Below, in pieces: positions 1 through 11,302 of a stretch of 64,000 nucleotides of DNA. The stretch comes from Ruminococcus sp. (GTDB lineage Bacteria > Bacillota > Clostridia > Oscillospirales > Ruminococcaceae): assembly GCF_017549005.1 (NCBI RefSeq), contig NZ_JAFYYT010000029.1, forward strand, positions 266 through 64,265, given 5' to 3'. The notes beneath the pieces were generated by a model, which searched no databases, was not told the origin of the DNA, and saw only the letters and a program-made list of their open reading frames with translations. The position numbers were made by a program, and so were the translations under genes. How positions within the stretch are numbered: position 1 is the stretch's first letter; each line of letters opens with the position of its first letter.

Positions 1-70
1 TTATTTGACGCTTACGGTTCATAAGCAATTTCATGGTTTTAACCGCTGAATCTGCGTATATAAAGAAGAT

Positions 71-115
71 GCGGCTTCCGGAAGTACTTTACATACTTCC
101 AGGAAGCCGCTTTTT
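71..115. terminator. Intrinsic terminator between convergent transcription units
   Basis: Inverted repeat GCGGCTTCCGGAAGTA / TACTTCCAGGAAGCCGC (71-110) followed by TTTTT (111-115). It lies between a plus-strand frame that stops at TAA 22-24 (gene body left of the window) and the stop of the minus-strand gene 209..11248. Confidence 0.6.
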
Positions 116-208
116 GTGTTTAAGTCAAATCAAGTTTCATCGCCATCATTTCCGAAGCGTTTTTGTGCTCCTGACACAGTTTTTTGATATTATGAAGACG
201 CCGGTACA

Positions 209-3200
209 TTAATCATCCTTCAAGAAATCGTGATCGACCTTTGCATTAGTATAAATCAGATAATCGTCTGCATAGCTGCCGGCAATCTCCCCCGAGCTCA
301 TGTTGCTTAGCTTCACTGAAAGGTTTACTTTATAATTAGCATATTCCGTAAAGCCTGCTCCGGTCTTGGCATTGAAACCTATGTTGATATAAATGTAGCC
401 GTTTTCATCTACCCGGTATCCGGAAGAACCCGGTGTTTCTCCGGAAGCAACTACTTCCTTCGGAATAGTCAGGGTAAATGTATCAGCATTCGCGGGAACA
501 GTAACAAGATCATTATAACTGCCACAAGTAATATGTAAGTTAGTCCCCGATGCTGTTATCGGTGTACTGGAATCATTTGTAGTCACTTCATAAGATCCGT
601 TTCGTTGAACAGCTCCCCAATAATTACTAATAGGGGAAACATTCTGATAGCTTGCAGAAGTATATGGACCTCCTGCCGGCAAATCTGTCTTTTTCTGCAA
701 TGACAGCGTCAGGATAAGACTATCTGCGTCTTGAAGCGCACTTTCTATATTCTGAACATTATACTGGGCAGTTGTATCAACCGGCATATAAGTATTCATC
801 GAATATTTACCGCTAACACCCAGTCTTGAATAGTTCTCACTTGGCGAACCGTCTTCATCATAGCAATCCAGTTCGGGTTCAGCATAATATTTCATGCTTG
901 CCGTACTAAGTGACTGACGGTAATAAATATGCTTTATGGCAGCAGGCTCTTCCAAAGGTTCTGACATGTTCGAAAAAGCAATACTTGCCGAATCGTATGC
1001 CAGATTCGATGCTGCTCTTACGCTTACACCAGTATCACTTGCTACCTTTTGCGGAAACTCACTCACATAATCGTCAAAATCAAGTCTTATTCTCGAATAG
1101 ATAGTCACTCCATCATTTTGCAGAATAGTCTGACCTCCATTAACCGTAACTACATTGATGTAGTTATCTTCAAGATTGATGTTCGCAGAACTGATACTAT
1201 TAATACCGGTATCTGTCATATCCGCTTCATCACCTGGCGGAATGGCAGTTCCGATTCTGTACCAAGCCTGTATATCTGTTGCGTCATTTTCAGGATCAAG
1301 CCCGGAAATGTTATTTGTTATCAATCCGTTTTCTCCCTTTCTATCAAGGAATAGATTAAACGAATGATAAATGTTAGCATTCACAGATCTTAAAATAGTA
1401 TTAACATTGGCATCTTTAGGAGTTATTATTGTCTTTGCATAAATATTCAGCGTGTGGTTACCATTATCAATTTCAAGATCATTCGGTAAAACAGTAAGTT
1501 CGGTTCTCTGATCAAACAGATTTCCAATATAGACCTGACGATTTATTGTAGTACTATTATCGCCATAATAACAGTTAACCTTTGCAGATTTCGTTACTGC
1601 ATTATTCGTGCCGCTTGCATAGCTCGGAGCGTCAAAGTTTTCCGGTGTTCTGATATAGTAACCATACAAATTATTATCTTCTTCGTTTCCCGGTACAAAC
1701 ATACTGATATAGTAGTTCTCGTAAACATCTCCAGAAGAAAGTGTCAGATCATATTCACCTCCGCTTCCGACATATTCATAATATGTCGGAGTTCCGTTAG
1801 AAGATTTGGTATACGCATAATGAGTAGATCCGATGTTTGATGGTGTTCCTGCGTACAAGTTATATTTTCCGTTCCTACTGCCATTCGGTGTCGCAGTAAT
1901 CTTCTGTGCAATGAGTTCATTAAATGTACTCACACTGAAATAATTATTGCTACTATCTTTGAACTTTCTAAGATCAAATGTAATTCGGTCATTGGCCACT
2001 GCAAAATCCGTACTGTTCAGCAATACCTGATACTTCTTGTCATGATCTCCATTAGGATCGACAAATATCATATACGTGTTATTTGGAAGCATGTTAGTTG
2101 CTTTATGCTCGGTTTTATCGATATAGAAATACTTATCATGATTCCAGTTCAGATTACCCGAATCAAGCAACGCAACAATGTCATCATGACTATAGGTATA
2201 TCTTATGTATGTAGTAAACCACGTATTCAGATTATCAACATGTGTATCTCTTCCGGATGTAGCAAGCTTCGCACTGTAAGGATTTGTGCTTTCAGCTCCG
2301 GCAACATATGATACTGAATTTGTACCATTCATTACTGCCGCCGAGAAAGAAACCTCAATTTCCTTGATTGTATATACAGGGATATACAAATGATATGCAA
2401 TTTTATCTGTATTAAACGGATCTTTAAACTGCACATCTACCAGCGTAAACGTATTTTCTCGTTTTGAATCAGCATTAGCACCGTTCAACGCAAAAGAACC
2501 TTTTGTATTTGCATTTGGTGGAGTCCATTCAATACCGGGAGTAATGCTGTCCGTAATGAACTTGCCGCCACTGTAACTGCAGTTTTTGACATCAATGGAA
2601 TAATAATCACTTGAAGCGGTATAGTCCGTTGATGTATTAGTTACAAGCTGTATATAGCGGTTTATAAGATTTGTAGTTTCATCTGTTTCATTATTTGCGA
2701 TTACAACTACAGCAAAATTCTCAACGCCGGATGGCAATTCACCACCTTTTTCAGTTTGATATGTCGAGATACGATCACCGTCATCAGCAGTAGTTCGCTT
2801 CATATAGTAATCAATTTTGTTATTACCATATATTTCGCCTGCATCATCATTGAGTGCATTAAATGTTGTATAGCGCCTTGAATAATTCTCTGCATTTTGA
2901 TCTGTCAAAATCATATCTTCATATATCTTTAGTGCCATAGTGCTTTCGGCAGTCTTTCCGCTGTATTCAGCAGTACTCGATGCAGAAGCAGCTAAAGCTG
3001 CACCATCACCTGAAATGATCTCATCTGTACCCATTTTAGCCTGTGGATTGATGTTTACAAACGGATATTTTGGCATATCAACATTGTTTGCAGCATTATA
3101 TCCGGAAACAGCAATTGTATAGGTCGTAGTCGTTTCAGTATCAGCCGAAGCATCAGCTACAACTTTATAAATCTTGCCTTCACTTTCAGAGATAGACCAT

Positions 3201-6200
3201 GTTGTTGAGTTTTCCGATACGCCGTCTTCAACCGCAACGGCATCTCCCGTCACAGCGCTGCCATAACGATATTCAATTGTTTGAGTTTTAGTGTTCTTTT
3301 CATCGCCACTGATCGTTACTGTTACAATAGTACGAGTTATTATTTTATTAGTCGTATCTATTGAGTAGCTTTCAGTAACAGAGTTTGCATCACCCTCCTG
3401 TTTTTCAGCGGTCACTTCTGTTGAAGTTCCATTACAAGCACCTGTGTAGTCGGCGAAAACGAAGGAGGCATTTGAGAAATTAGTTCTGTTTCCAACGTTT
3501 TTGGTAAAGCCATTGCCATAAATTGCTATGCCTGAAAACTGGATAGATGTCGCATTATCACTTGTATCAACAAAACCTATCCATGCTCCCATTTTATCGC
3601 CGGAATTGGTTAGAATATTATCAAGTTTAATATTATATCCTAACAGCTGATTAGCGGATTTTTTTATAATCTGCCCGATGATACCTCCTGCATAATTTCC
3701 TGATGCTCCAATCGTGCAATTTTCAATTGAACTGTCATGAAGATAACAAGTTACACTGTTTGTTGCCGAACTTGCATAGCCAATAAAACCGCCAACATAA
3801 CTCTGTTTATTACTTTTAGCAGTGATGTCGTAGTTTGAGATCTTGCAGTCTTTTATCAATACATTATGGGTAACCTTGTTGTTGACTATATTCGTATAAG
3901 GATAGAGTCTGCCAATGAAGCCTCCTGCGTAGCCTGAATTATTATCTTTAGTAAAAAGATTGTTAGCATAGATAGTATTGTGTTTAGATGGTGATCCAAT
4001 CATTTTACAATTATCCAATGTAATTGAATATGTTGTCCAGTTTGAATCCCATTTACCACCATAGAAACCACCGGCAAAACTGCCATTAATATTAATTCTT
4101 TCGACTGTACAATTTTTAAAAAATGCAACACCGGTTGTTCCACCACTTGCCTGTGATTGCATTGCACCTACAAGCCCACCTACAAATCGAATATTATCAT
4201 TTCCAATGGTGATATCACATCCTTCTGAAGGCATGACCTTCATATCATAGATCTTACAACCATTGCCTGCAAAGCCAACAAGACCTCCTGCAGCAGTATA
4301 ATAATTCAATGAAGTTTCGGCAAATTTGAACGACTTAATTTTTACTGTAGAATAATCATTTAAATCATTATTATCCGCCAATGAAGAAGTGCCATAAATA
4401 TGCACTGCTCCTTCTTGAATTTTACCAACAAAACAACCAATAGCATTTCTTGCTTTTTCATTGCTCTCAATATTTCTTGCAGATGTCATTTCAACAGAAA
4501 CATTATTTGCATTACATTGTTTTATTGTGAAATAATTGCTTGTACTGCTCAAGCCTGAAAAGCCAATAATTCCACCTACAAAATCTGCACCGCTTACAAC
4601 AAGATTATCAAGATCAATGTAGGAAAATTCACCATAAACGCCGTCTCTTATCCAGCCACAAACGCCACCAGAAGAAAGCCATAAAATTCTAGAATTATCA
4701 TTCGGGGTTTCAACATAATTTTGTTCTTGATTAGAAGTTGCATATGTGTTACTGTAAATCTCTGTATTTACTGAACCGGTTAGTGTGAATTCAGTTACTT
4801 TTGTTTTTAGAATAATGCTGTTAAAGAGAGCAAGTCCATTAGTTTGTGGAACCGTATAATCACCTTTAGCTGTATTACCTAAATAAGGTATATTATTGTT
4901 AGCTGAATCACTAAGAACTTGATTTACGCCCTTATGAAGGGTATCAAAATAATTATCGGCTTTGAACTTATTCAGGTAAATATCCTCATCAATAGTGCAG
5001 TTATCTCCGGTGAAAGTATCTACTTTCATACTGTATTTGTTATTCAAAACAGTTGTTTCATAATCATAAAAGCCCACACTTCCCAGTCCTCTGAAGCTAT
5101 CCGGCAGTTGATAGGTATACTCGTCAAGCGGCGTAACAGTATCGGGTTCTCCCTCGGTCTCGCTTGGCGTTACAGTCCCGTAAGTGGTTTTGCCCGTCAG
5201 ATTAATATCATAGTAGCCTTTAGTGCTTGTAACACATCGTGCAGGGTAATCTCCGCTTGTATCAGGAGCAGTATACCATCTGATTATGTACGGAACAGCA
5301 GTGTTAGCGGCAGTATCGGCACTTGCATAACCGTAATCCGTGTTAGATGTATCAATATTCGCCTTTCCAATATCGGAATAATCCGCAATATGGCTCATAC
5401 CATACACTGTAGTATTTGTTCCATAGGACAATGAAGTTGTATAATTACCTTTGGCTGTTTGAGCTGTTCCGGCACACGACTGTGTGATAAGCGAGAGAAT
5501 GAAGAACGCCTGAGAATTGGGTATATTTATCGTTCCGTCATTCGATGCTGAAGAAGGTGGTGTAACAGACAGCTTGTTCGTCTCATTCTTATTGATGTCA
5601 GTGATTGTATAATGTTTCGTGCCGTTCTTAAGTGTATGAATCAAATCAGCATTCGCACCATCAGCCGTAGAGAAGCGCACAGTTGTATCATCATCCTGAT
5701 ACTTGCCATCCTCATCAACTGAGAACTTCGTTGTTTCATTTACTGCATAACCATTGATAACACGACCGACTATCGGATTGACATAGATTGCTGCTTTTGC
5801 CGCAACCGTGTTCGAAGCCAGATTATTTGAAGTATTTGTTTTGTAATAGACTTTTAGTTTTGTACTATCTATGGCAGTATTTGCAGCTGTCATATTCTTG
5901 AAAATAAGGCCACCAAATACGATAACCCCCACATAACCGCCAACCGGAATAATTGTTCCAAATTTTTGTGAGCCGTCATTATCAGTCAATGTAATCGTCG
6001 TGGCATGAGCCACATTGCTGCTATCAGTATAGGAATACTTAACATAGCTGTTGTCAATGATATTATCTCCGCCCATGATCTCGCCGATAATACCACCATA
6101 ATACTTGCAATTGGAAGCATAACCAAAGTTAGCATTATTGTATCCGGCTGTTGATTGTGTAAGTGCAATATTTCCTGCATTTACTATAATATTAACATCC

Positions 6201-9200
6201 TTAACAACACAACCATTTGATACATTTATAAGTGGAGACTTGCTATTGTTCGTAATAGAGTAAAGCGGAGTGCCATCTTGTTTCTTTTCACCAACAATTA
6301 CACCTCTGAATGCCATGTTAGCATCAGTTTTGCCAAGTCCGACAAAACCAGTTGCAGAATCACCGGATAAGGTAATATTATCATCTATTTTATAATATGC
6401 GTTTGCAAGATAATACTGAACATTAACTACATCCCAATAAATGTTGCCATTCTCATAGCCAGTTCCGGCAGTATTAGGTGAGAATTCCAGATGATAACCG
6501 CTTCCGTTCTTGTCAGTACACCAGCGAGAACCGGTTGTGTTGTCTGAAATAGATGCATAATTTGATGTTCCTTTAGGAAGTTTGACTTTTGAAAGCTCAT
6601 TTGTTGTACCATTTGAAATAAACCTTGACACAGCCACAAGCTGTTTGCCGTCGGTAATAATATATGGATCATTGTAAGTACCACAACCTGACGTCAAGCC
6701 CTCAGCCGATACATTAACCTTCAGTTCTCTGTAATAAAGAGCATTAGCCTGAGAGGCAACAAACGATTCTTTAACATAAGGAAGAAAACCCGTACTGAAG
6801 ATATAGGGCGAGCCGCTCTGATATGTTTCCAGATCTGTATAGTAAGAACTACCGTCATATTTGTTTTCCAGAGAAACATTGTTTTCACGATATTCTGCAG
6901 AATCTGTAATTTCTTTACCATAAGTAACCCATCTTGTACCATTCGCACCATTACCCCAGTCTTCTGTTATCGTATAATAATACTTAAGCTTAGCATTATT
7001 ATCAGTGCTGATAGATGCAAGAAGCGTAGAGTCAGTAAAGATCGAGCTTGAAGTACCATATGCGGTGTCCAGAGCAGTATTACCGTTTAACGTGCCGGCT
7101 TCTCTCGAATCGAGCTTGATCTTAGTAAATTCAATAGTAAGATTTGCTCCCGAAGCAGCACCAAGAAGGCTCTTCGCAACAGTAGTTCCTAAACCATAAT
7201 TGTGAGAAGTGCTGATTCCTTCAAGCTTTATCGTAATGTCATCAGCAGAATCAATACTGTTTATTCTTGTAATATTGTTTACAAGGAGATAGCCGTCATC
7301 ATATGCTGCATTTGCAGTAGTTTTAGCAACTATTCCGTCAAGGACCAATGTGCTTCCGTTAGATGAAACGATGCTACCGTTAGAAGTTCCGCTTATAAGA
7401 ACACCCGAAACACCACTTAATTCAAGAAAACTTCCCTTTAAAGTATTGCTGCCGCTGATAGACAGAGTTTTTGTATTGGGAAGCGATAAAAACAGACCGG
7501 AATGCATAAGATAGTGCTGATTAGCTGAAGCTGGATCACGAGTATAATTATCTGTTACATTGTATGAACCAAAAAAAGCTTCGGCAGCATATGCCCCACT
7601 GTAATCCATTGTAAGCGTAAGGTTGTTTATAGTGTAATCCTCTCTTCCTTCGATAGGATAAAAAGAGAGACCTGTCATGTCAGCAGCACCTGTCAGTGTA
7701 TTGTCGGAAATTGAACTTTCAAAAAGTTCTTCTATATTTTTTGCGGCATATTTTTTTACACTCCAGAGCAGAATATTCTGACCGGCATTTGTATTATCTA
7801 AAACATCCAGATTATAATAGTATCTAGTATGCTCGTTAGCATATGTTGTATCTCCCAACGCAGTTGATGATGCACTGGTGAGCTTGTTCTGATAAGTGCC
7901 GGTAACAGAAATCTTTGCTTCTCCGTAACCATCATCCGGATTTGCTGAAGAATCGTGTCTTCCACCGTTCATGTTGATTGAAACAACACCTGCGCCATGT
8001 GTGGTAGTATTTCCGCCTGAAGTTACGCTATATGTTCCTTTGGTAACATCAGGAGCAGAATACGCTGCCAACTCATCATAAATACCCAGAGAATTCGGCA
8101 GAGTGATTCCTGTTGAACCTGTTTTATCTGTAAGTGTATAACCAGCATTAAGAACGTTAAGATAAAGACCTTTATCCTTATCGTTCTCATAAGCCTTATT
8201 TACGAGCATGCCAAGAGAAGTGCCCGCGCCATTTGACATAGACATTTTTGTAATGGTAAGATTATTGACTGTCCATCTTCCGGTCGCTTCAAAGCACATT
8301 ACACCAACATTAGCGGAAGAATTTGTTATCGTGCCATCTGTAACGGTCAAACCGTCAATAGTCGTATCGGTATCATGCCATACATAACCAAGGAAACCTC
8401 CGCCGTTTGTAGAAGCTTTATTGATGATAATGCAGTTATTGAAAGAAAGATGATCTATATTGATCTTTCTGCCCGAATAAGTTCCCGATGTGATATAACC
8501 GATCAATCCACCGCCATTAGCATTACCACCGGCAGAAAAACTGTTATCAACCATCCTATGCGATACAGTAAGTGTATCACTGTTGCCTTGTGCAATGTTA
8601 ATTGTGAACTTCGGTGAAGTTACTCTTCCTATAGCTGCACCAAGATAATTATCGCTGCTAAAATAGCCGCTGATGTTAAAAGTGGTGCTGATAGTATTTG
8701 TACCTGTAATATCGATCGAACCATTATCTGTGTTATTGGAAACAACACCAATTAGTCCTCCGATATTCTTTGTACCGATAGAGGATGGTTCTTTATAATT
8801 TATCGTTTGGTTAGCAGTTATTCCATTCAATATGGTTTTGCCATTGGATTTTGCTGCAATACCGCCGATATTCATTTCGCTGCTCTTATTATGGACATCA
8901 ATACTGCCACTGATAGTGAGTGAATTTACTGTGCCGGCATTTCCGCTTGTACCATTACCGATAACGGCAAACAGGCCATTGTATGGATGAGCATATATCT
9001 GACCTACACCCTCTGTGTTTGGGTTCACAGCTGTGCCACTGCCGGTAAAACCATACGCCTGACCTGTAGCAAACGTAACATTATGAGAATTACCATTTAA
9101 AGTTCCCGTAAATTCGCCTACAGAATCAGAACCATCACGCATAAAACCAGTGATACCTGTATTGGCAAAAGAGAGGTCATTCGTTAAGTCCAGAGTTGTC

Positions 9201-11248
9201 CCAAGCAAATATGCACGGGTATTATTTCCGCCGGTAAATTTCAGGCAGTCATAATCAGAGCCCTGATTAAGCTGAATGTTGAGTGCAGTTTTCACCAAAT
9301 CAGTTTGAGTCCCCATTGAAGTCTGAGCAGCCTTTATTGTAACAGTATGATTGGCAGAATCCAGAGTAAGAACTCCATTTGCGCTATCTTCAATGTCGGC
9401 GATCCTTACAACTTCTCCCCACGTACCAAGATCATCAACGCTAGAGGCACTGCTCGAACGCCTGAACGACCAACCGGTTGCAGCTGTGGTAATCGCATTA
9501 TTTCCGTCTCTGACTGACGAAACGCCATTTGTTCCATCACCGATTGCATAAATAAGCACATTATTATTCTTACCAACAAGCTGGCCGCCCTTCTTTGACT
9601 TAGCCCCTGACATATTCGTTACACCACTAAGGCGCAGCACACCATTCTTAAAGTTGCCGACTATACCGCCTCCTTTGAATCCGTCTTGATCAGTTGCTGT
9701 AACGGTAATATCTCCGAGGACTAAGAATACACCTCTTGTTTCTGACGTCTTACCAACTAAACCGCCGAAATAGCCTTCGCTATCTGCTCGAGCAGTTCCC
9801 GTTGCTGTAATGTTCATATCATCAGCATTAATATATGCAGCTCCGTCGGCATAACCTATCGCTCCGCCGAAAGAACCAAAAGACGCATTCGCTGTGGCTG
9901 TGATAGCAAGATCATCAAGCACAAGACTATTTACGATATTGTCTGTAATATACTTTCCGGCGATACCGCCAAAATAGCCTCCGCTTGCAGTGCTTCCGGA
10001 ACAAACATTTACATTACCTGTATTTCCTGTATTCTTTATTGTCAGTTCTGCTGCTGTTACCGACGAGCCTTTATTATTTTCAAGCACACCGAAAACACCA
10101 CCGCAATTATCAGCACTTACGGTAGCTGTGATACTGTAATCTTTCAAATCAAAGGCGGATGCAGCATTGGAATAACAACCATACAGACCGCCAGCACCGA
10201 AAGTACCTGTTACAGTTCCGCCGATTGCCAGAGGTGATGAAAGACCGTTTATTGTTGCTGAAGATGAAGTCACACCTACAAGACCTCCGGCATACCCGTT
10301 TCCGGACGTTACTGAAACACTTGAGAAAACAGGATAAGAACCCAGCGTCAACGAAGCATTTCCTTCCATTGTTCCGACAAGTGAGCCCGCATTTCCATTA
10401 TCAGAATAAACAGCAGGACGGGATGCCGAGGTATCATTAACTGTAAGTCTCGAGCCTGTTTTCATGATGCCGCAAAGTTCACCGACGTCCTTTATATCAT
10501 TCTCGCCTGATGAAGTGTTTGAAACTGCTGCCGTTGAGTTGTTATTAAATGAAAGTACAACATCAGCATCTGTCTCAATCTGCCCGATTACACCTGCAAA
10601 AGCATTTGTATTACCACTGGCAACAGTAATTTTCCAATTTGCAGCACGTGAACCATGATGCACAAAATCTGCAAGAAGAGGTGATGATGCACTGTTGTTT
10701 TTAGTGATTTCAAGAGTAATATCATTACCACTGTTATCAGTGATTTTTGCATTAGTGCTGACGTGGGTAAATATTGCTCTCGGAAGCGTAACATTACCCA
10801 TACCATTCGAAGCAATAAATCTTACCGAGCCGGCAAACGGAACTCCTGCATTTCCAAGCCCCATGAAACCTAAGTCTCCGGCGACTTCAGGGAAAGTTAT
10901 TGAAAGTGTGTCTTCCTTATGAGTATTACAGAAAGTTCCGCCTTCATTAACACTATAATAATAGCAATAATCTATGAATTTTCTTATACCGTCAGCGTCA
11001 TTGCTGAAATCGATTGATGTACTTGAAAAAGCACCAACAAGATTTGTAGGTTCATATGACGGAGTCTCTTCCTCAGCTTTTACCGTCATAAAGGCCGAGA
11101 AACTGAACAACCCAAATAACCCATCCGAATACATGGAATTTATGACAAGCATAAATACTGTAATAAAGCTCAGCAGTTTCCGGAACAGCTTTCTATTACT
11201 TCTGAATATCTGGGATCTTTCAGGTTTTTTATTGTTCATATATCTCAT
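209..11248 (-). CDS. Giant secreted surface protein (3,679 aa) with two blocks of GLUG-like GG[LIF][VIA]G repeats; putative adhesin
   Basis: Uninterrupted 11 kb ORF with GGTGA 5 nt upstream of the ATG. The N-terminal hydrophobic segment ends FSAFMTVKA/EEE. More than 20 motifs such as GGLVG, GGIAG, GGLIG, GGFIG and GGIIG fall in two blocks (about aa 215-1000 and 1620-2600). A central 'CGTYNDPYIITDGKQL' module-start motif is typical of GLUG/beta-helix adhesins. No LPXTG motif, dockerin or C-terminal TM segment is present. Confidence 0.9.
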   Translation of the reverse strand: MRYMNNKKPERSQIFRSNRKLFRKLLSFITVFMLVINSMYSDGLFGLFSFSAFMTVKAEEETPSYEPTNLVGAFSSTSIDFSNDADGIRKFIDYCYYYSVNEGGTFCNTHKEDTLSITFPEVAGDLGFMGLGNAGVPFAGSVRFIASNGMGNVTLPRAIFTHVSTNAKITDNSGNDITLEITKNNSASSPLLADFVHHGSRAANWKITVASGNTNAFAGVIGQIETDADVVLSFNNNSTAAVSNTSSGENDIKDVGELCGIMKTGSRLTVNDTSASRPAVYSDNGNAGSLVGTMEGNASLTLGSYPVFSSVSVTSGNGYAGGLVGVTSSSATINGLSSPLAIGGTVTGTFGAGGLYGCYSNAASAFDLKDYSITATVSADNCGGVFGVLENNKGSSVTAAELTIKNTGNTGNVNVCSGSTASGGYFGGIAGKYITDNIVNSLVLDDLAITATANASFGSFGGAIGYADGAAYINADDMNITATGTARADSEGYFGGLVGKTSETRGVFLVLGDITVTATDQDGFKGGGIVGNFKNGVLRLSGVTNMSGAKSKKGGQLVGKNNNVLIYAIGDGTNGVSSVRDGNNAITTAATGWSFRRSSSASSVDDLGTWGEVVRIADIEDSANGVLTLDSANHTVTIKAAQTSMGTQTDLVKTALNIQLNQGSDYDCLKFTGGNNTRAYLLGTTLDLTNDLSFANTGITGFMRDGSDSVGEFTGTLNGNSHNVTFATGQAYGFTGSGTAVNPNTEGVGQIYAHPYNGLFAVIGNGTSGNAGTVNSLTISGSIDVHNKSSEMNIGGIAAKSNGKTILNGITANQTINYKEPSSIGTKNIGGLIGVVSNNTDNGSIDITGTNTISTTFNISGYFSSDNYLGAAIGRVTSPKFTINIAQGNSDTLTVSHRMVDNSFSAGGNANGGGLIGYITSGTYSGRKINIDHLSFNNCIIINKASTNGGGFLGYVWHDTDTTIDGLTVTDGTITNSSANVGVMCFEATGRWTVNNLTITKMSMSNGAGTSLGMLVNKAYENDKDKGLYLNVLNAGYTLTDKTGSTGITLPNSLGIYDELAAYSAPDVTKGTYSVTSGGNTTTHGAGVVSINMNGGRHDSSANPDDGYGEAKISVTGTYQNKLTSASSTALGDTTYANEHTRYYYNLDVLDNTNAGQNILLWSVKKYAAKNIEELFESSISDNTLTGAADMTGLSFYPIEGREDYTINNLTLTMDYSGAYAAEAFFGSYNVTDNYTRDPASANQHYLMHSGLFLSLPNTKTLSISGSNTLKGSFLELSGVSGVLISGTSNGSIVSSNGSTLVLDGIVAKTTANAAYDDGYLLVNNITRINSIDSADDITIKLEGISTSHNYGLGTTVAKSLLGAASGANLTIEFTKIKLDSREAGTLNGNTALDTAYGTSSSIFTDSTLLASISTDNNAKLKYYYTITEDWGNGANGTRWVTYGKEITDSAEYRENNVSLENKYDGSSYYTDLETYQSGSPYIFSTGFLPYVKESFVASQANALYYRELKVNVSAEGLTSGCGTYNDPYIITDGKQLVAVSRFISNGTTNELSKVKLPKGTSNYASISDNTTGSRWCTDKNGSGYHLEFSPNTAGTGYENGNIYWDVVNVQYYLANAYYKIDDNITLSGDSATGFVGLGKTDANMAFRGVIVGEKKQDGTPLYSITNNSKSPLINVSNGCVVKDVNIIVNAGNIALTQSTAGYNNANFGYASNCKYYGGIIGEIMGGDNIIDNSYVKYSYTDSSNVAHATTITLTDNDGSQKFGTIIPVGGYVGVIVFGGLIFKNMTAANTAIDSTKLKVYYKTNTSNNLASNTVAAKAAIYVNPIVGRVINGYAVNETTKFSVDEDGKYQDDDTTVRFSTADGANADLIHTLKNGTKHYTITDINKNETNKLSVTPPSSASNDGTINIPNSQAFFILSLITQSCAGTAQTAKGNYTTSLSYGTNTTVYGMSHIADYSDIGKANIDTSNTDYGYASADTAANTAVPYIIRWYTAPDTSGDYPARCVTSTKGYYDINLTGKTTYGTVTPSETEGEPDTVTPLDEYTYQLPDSFRGLGSVGFYDYETTVLNNKYSMKVDTFTGDNCTIDEDIYLNKFKADNYFDTLHKGVNQVLSDSANNNIPYLGNTAKGDYTVPQTNGLALFNSIILKTKVTEFTLTGSVNTEIYSNTYATSNQEQNYVETPNDNSRILWLSSGGVCGWIRDGVYGEFSYIDLDNLVVSGADFVGGIIGFSGLSSTSNYFTIKQCNANNVSVEMTSARNIESNEKARNAIGCFVGKIQEGAVHIYGTSSLADNNDLNDYSTVKIKSFKFAETSLNYYTAAGGLVGFAGNGCKIYDMKVMPSEGCDITIGNDNIRFVGGLVGAMQSQASGGTTGVAFFKNCTVERININGSFAGGFYGGKWDSNWTTYSITLDNCKMIGSPSKHNTIYANNLFTKDNNSGYAGGFIGRLYPYTNIVNNKVTHNVLIKDCKISNYDITAKSNKQSYVGGFIGYASSATNSVTCYLHDSSIENCTIGASGNYAGGIIGQIIKKSANQLLGYNIKLDNILTNSGDKMGAWIGFVDTSDNATSIQFSGIAIYGNGFTKNVGNRTNFSNASFVFADYTGACNGTSTEVTAEKQEGDANSVTESYSIDTTNKIITRTIVTVTISGDEKNTKTQTIEYRYGSAVTGDAVAVEDGVSENSTTWSISESEGKIYKVVADASADTETTTTYTIAVSGYNAANNVDMPKYPFVNINPQAKMGTDEIISGDGAALAASASSTAEYSGKTAESTMALKIYEDMILTDQNAENYSRRYTTFNALNDDAGEIYGNNKIDYYMKRTTADDGDRISTYQTEKGGELPSGVENFAVVVIANNETDETTNLINRYIQLVTNTSTDYTASSDYYSIDVKNCSYSGGKFITDSITPGIEWTPPNANTKGSFALNGANADSKRENTFTLVDVQFKDPFNTDKIAYHLYIPVYTIKEIEVSFSAAVMNGTNSVSYVAGAESTNPYSAKLATSGRDTHVDNLNTWFTTYIRYTYSHDDIVALLDSGNLNWNHDKYFYIDKTEHKATNMLPNNTYMIFVDPNGDHDKKYQVLLNSTDFAVANDRITFDLRKFKDSSNNYFSVSTFNELIAQKITATPNGSRNGKYNLYAGTPSNIGSTHYAYTKSSNGTPTYYEYVGSGGEYDLTLSSGDVYENYYISMFVPGNEEDNNLYGYYIRTPENFDAPSYASGTNNAVTKSAKVNCYYGDNSTTINRQVYIGNLFDQRTELTVLPNDLEIDNGNHTLNIYAKTIITPKDANVNTILRSVNANIYHSFNLFLDRKGENGLITNNISGLDPENDATDIQAWYRIGTAIPPGDEADMTDTGINSISSANINLEDNYINVVTVNGGQTILQNDGVTIYSRIRLDFDDYVSEFPQKVASDTGVSVRAASNLAYDSASIAFSNMSEPLEEPAAIKHIYYRQSLSTASMKYYAEPELDCYDEDGSPSENYSRLGVSGKYSMNTYMPVDTTAQYNVQNIESALQDADSLILTLSLQKKTDLPAGGPYTSASYQNVSPISNYWGAVQRNGSYEVTTNDSSTPITASGTNLHITCGSYNDLVTVPANADTFTLTIPKEVVASGETPGSSGYRVDENGYIYINIGFNAKTGAGFTEYANYKVNLSVKLSNMSSGEIAGSYADDYLIYTNAKVDHDFLKDD

Positions 11249-11302
11249 GCTATCACCACACTTATTGTTTTATAATTCATTAACCCTATCCTGAGCTTTT
11301 TA

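Noticed and set aside
910-10922. Many 60-170-aa ORFs on both strands inside the giant gene (e.g. 4919..5434 plus strand)
   Set aside because: All are embedded in the single uninterrupted 11-kb minus-strand frame. None has its own translation signals.
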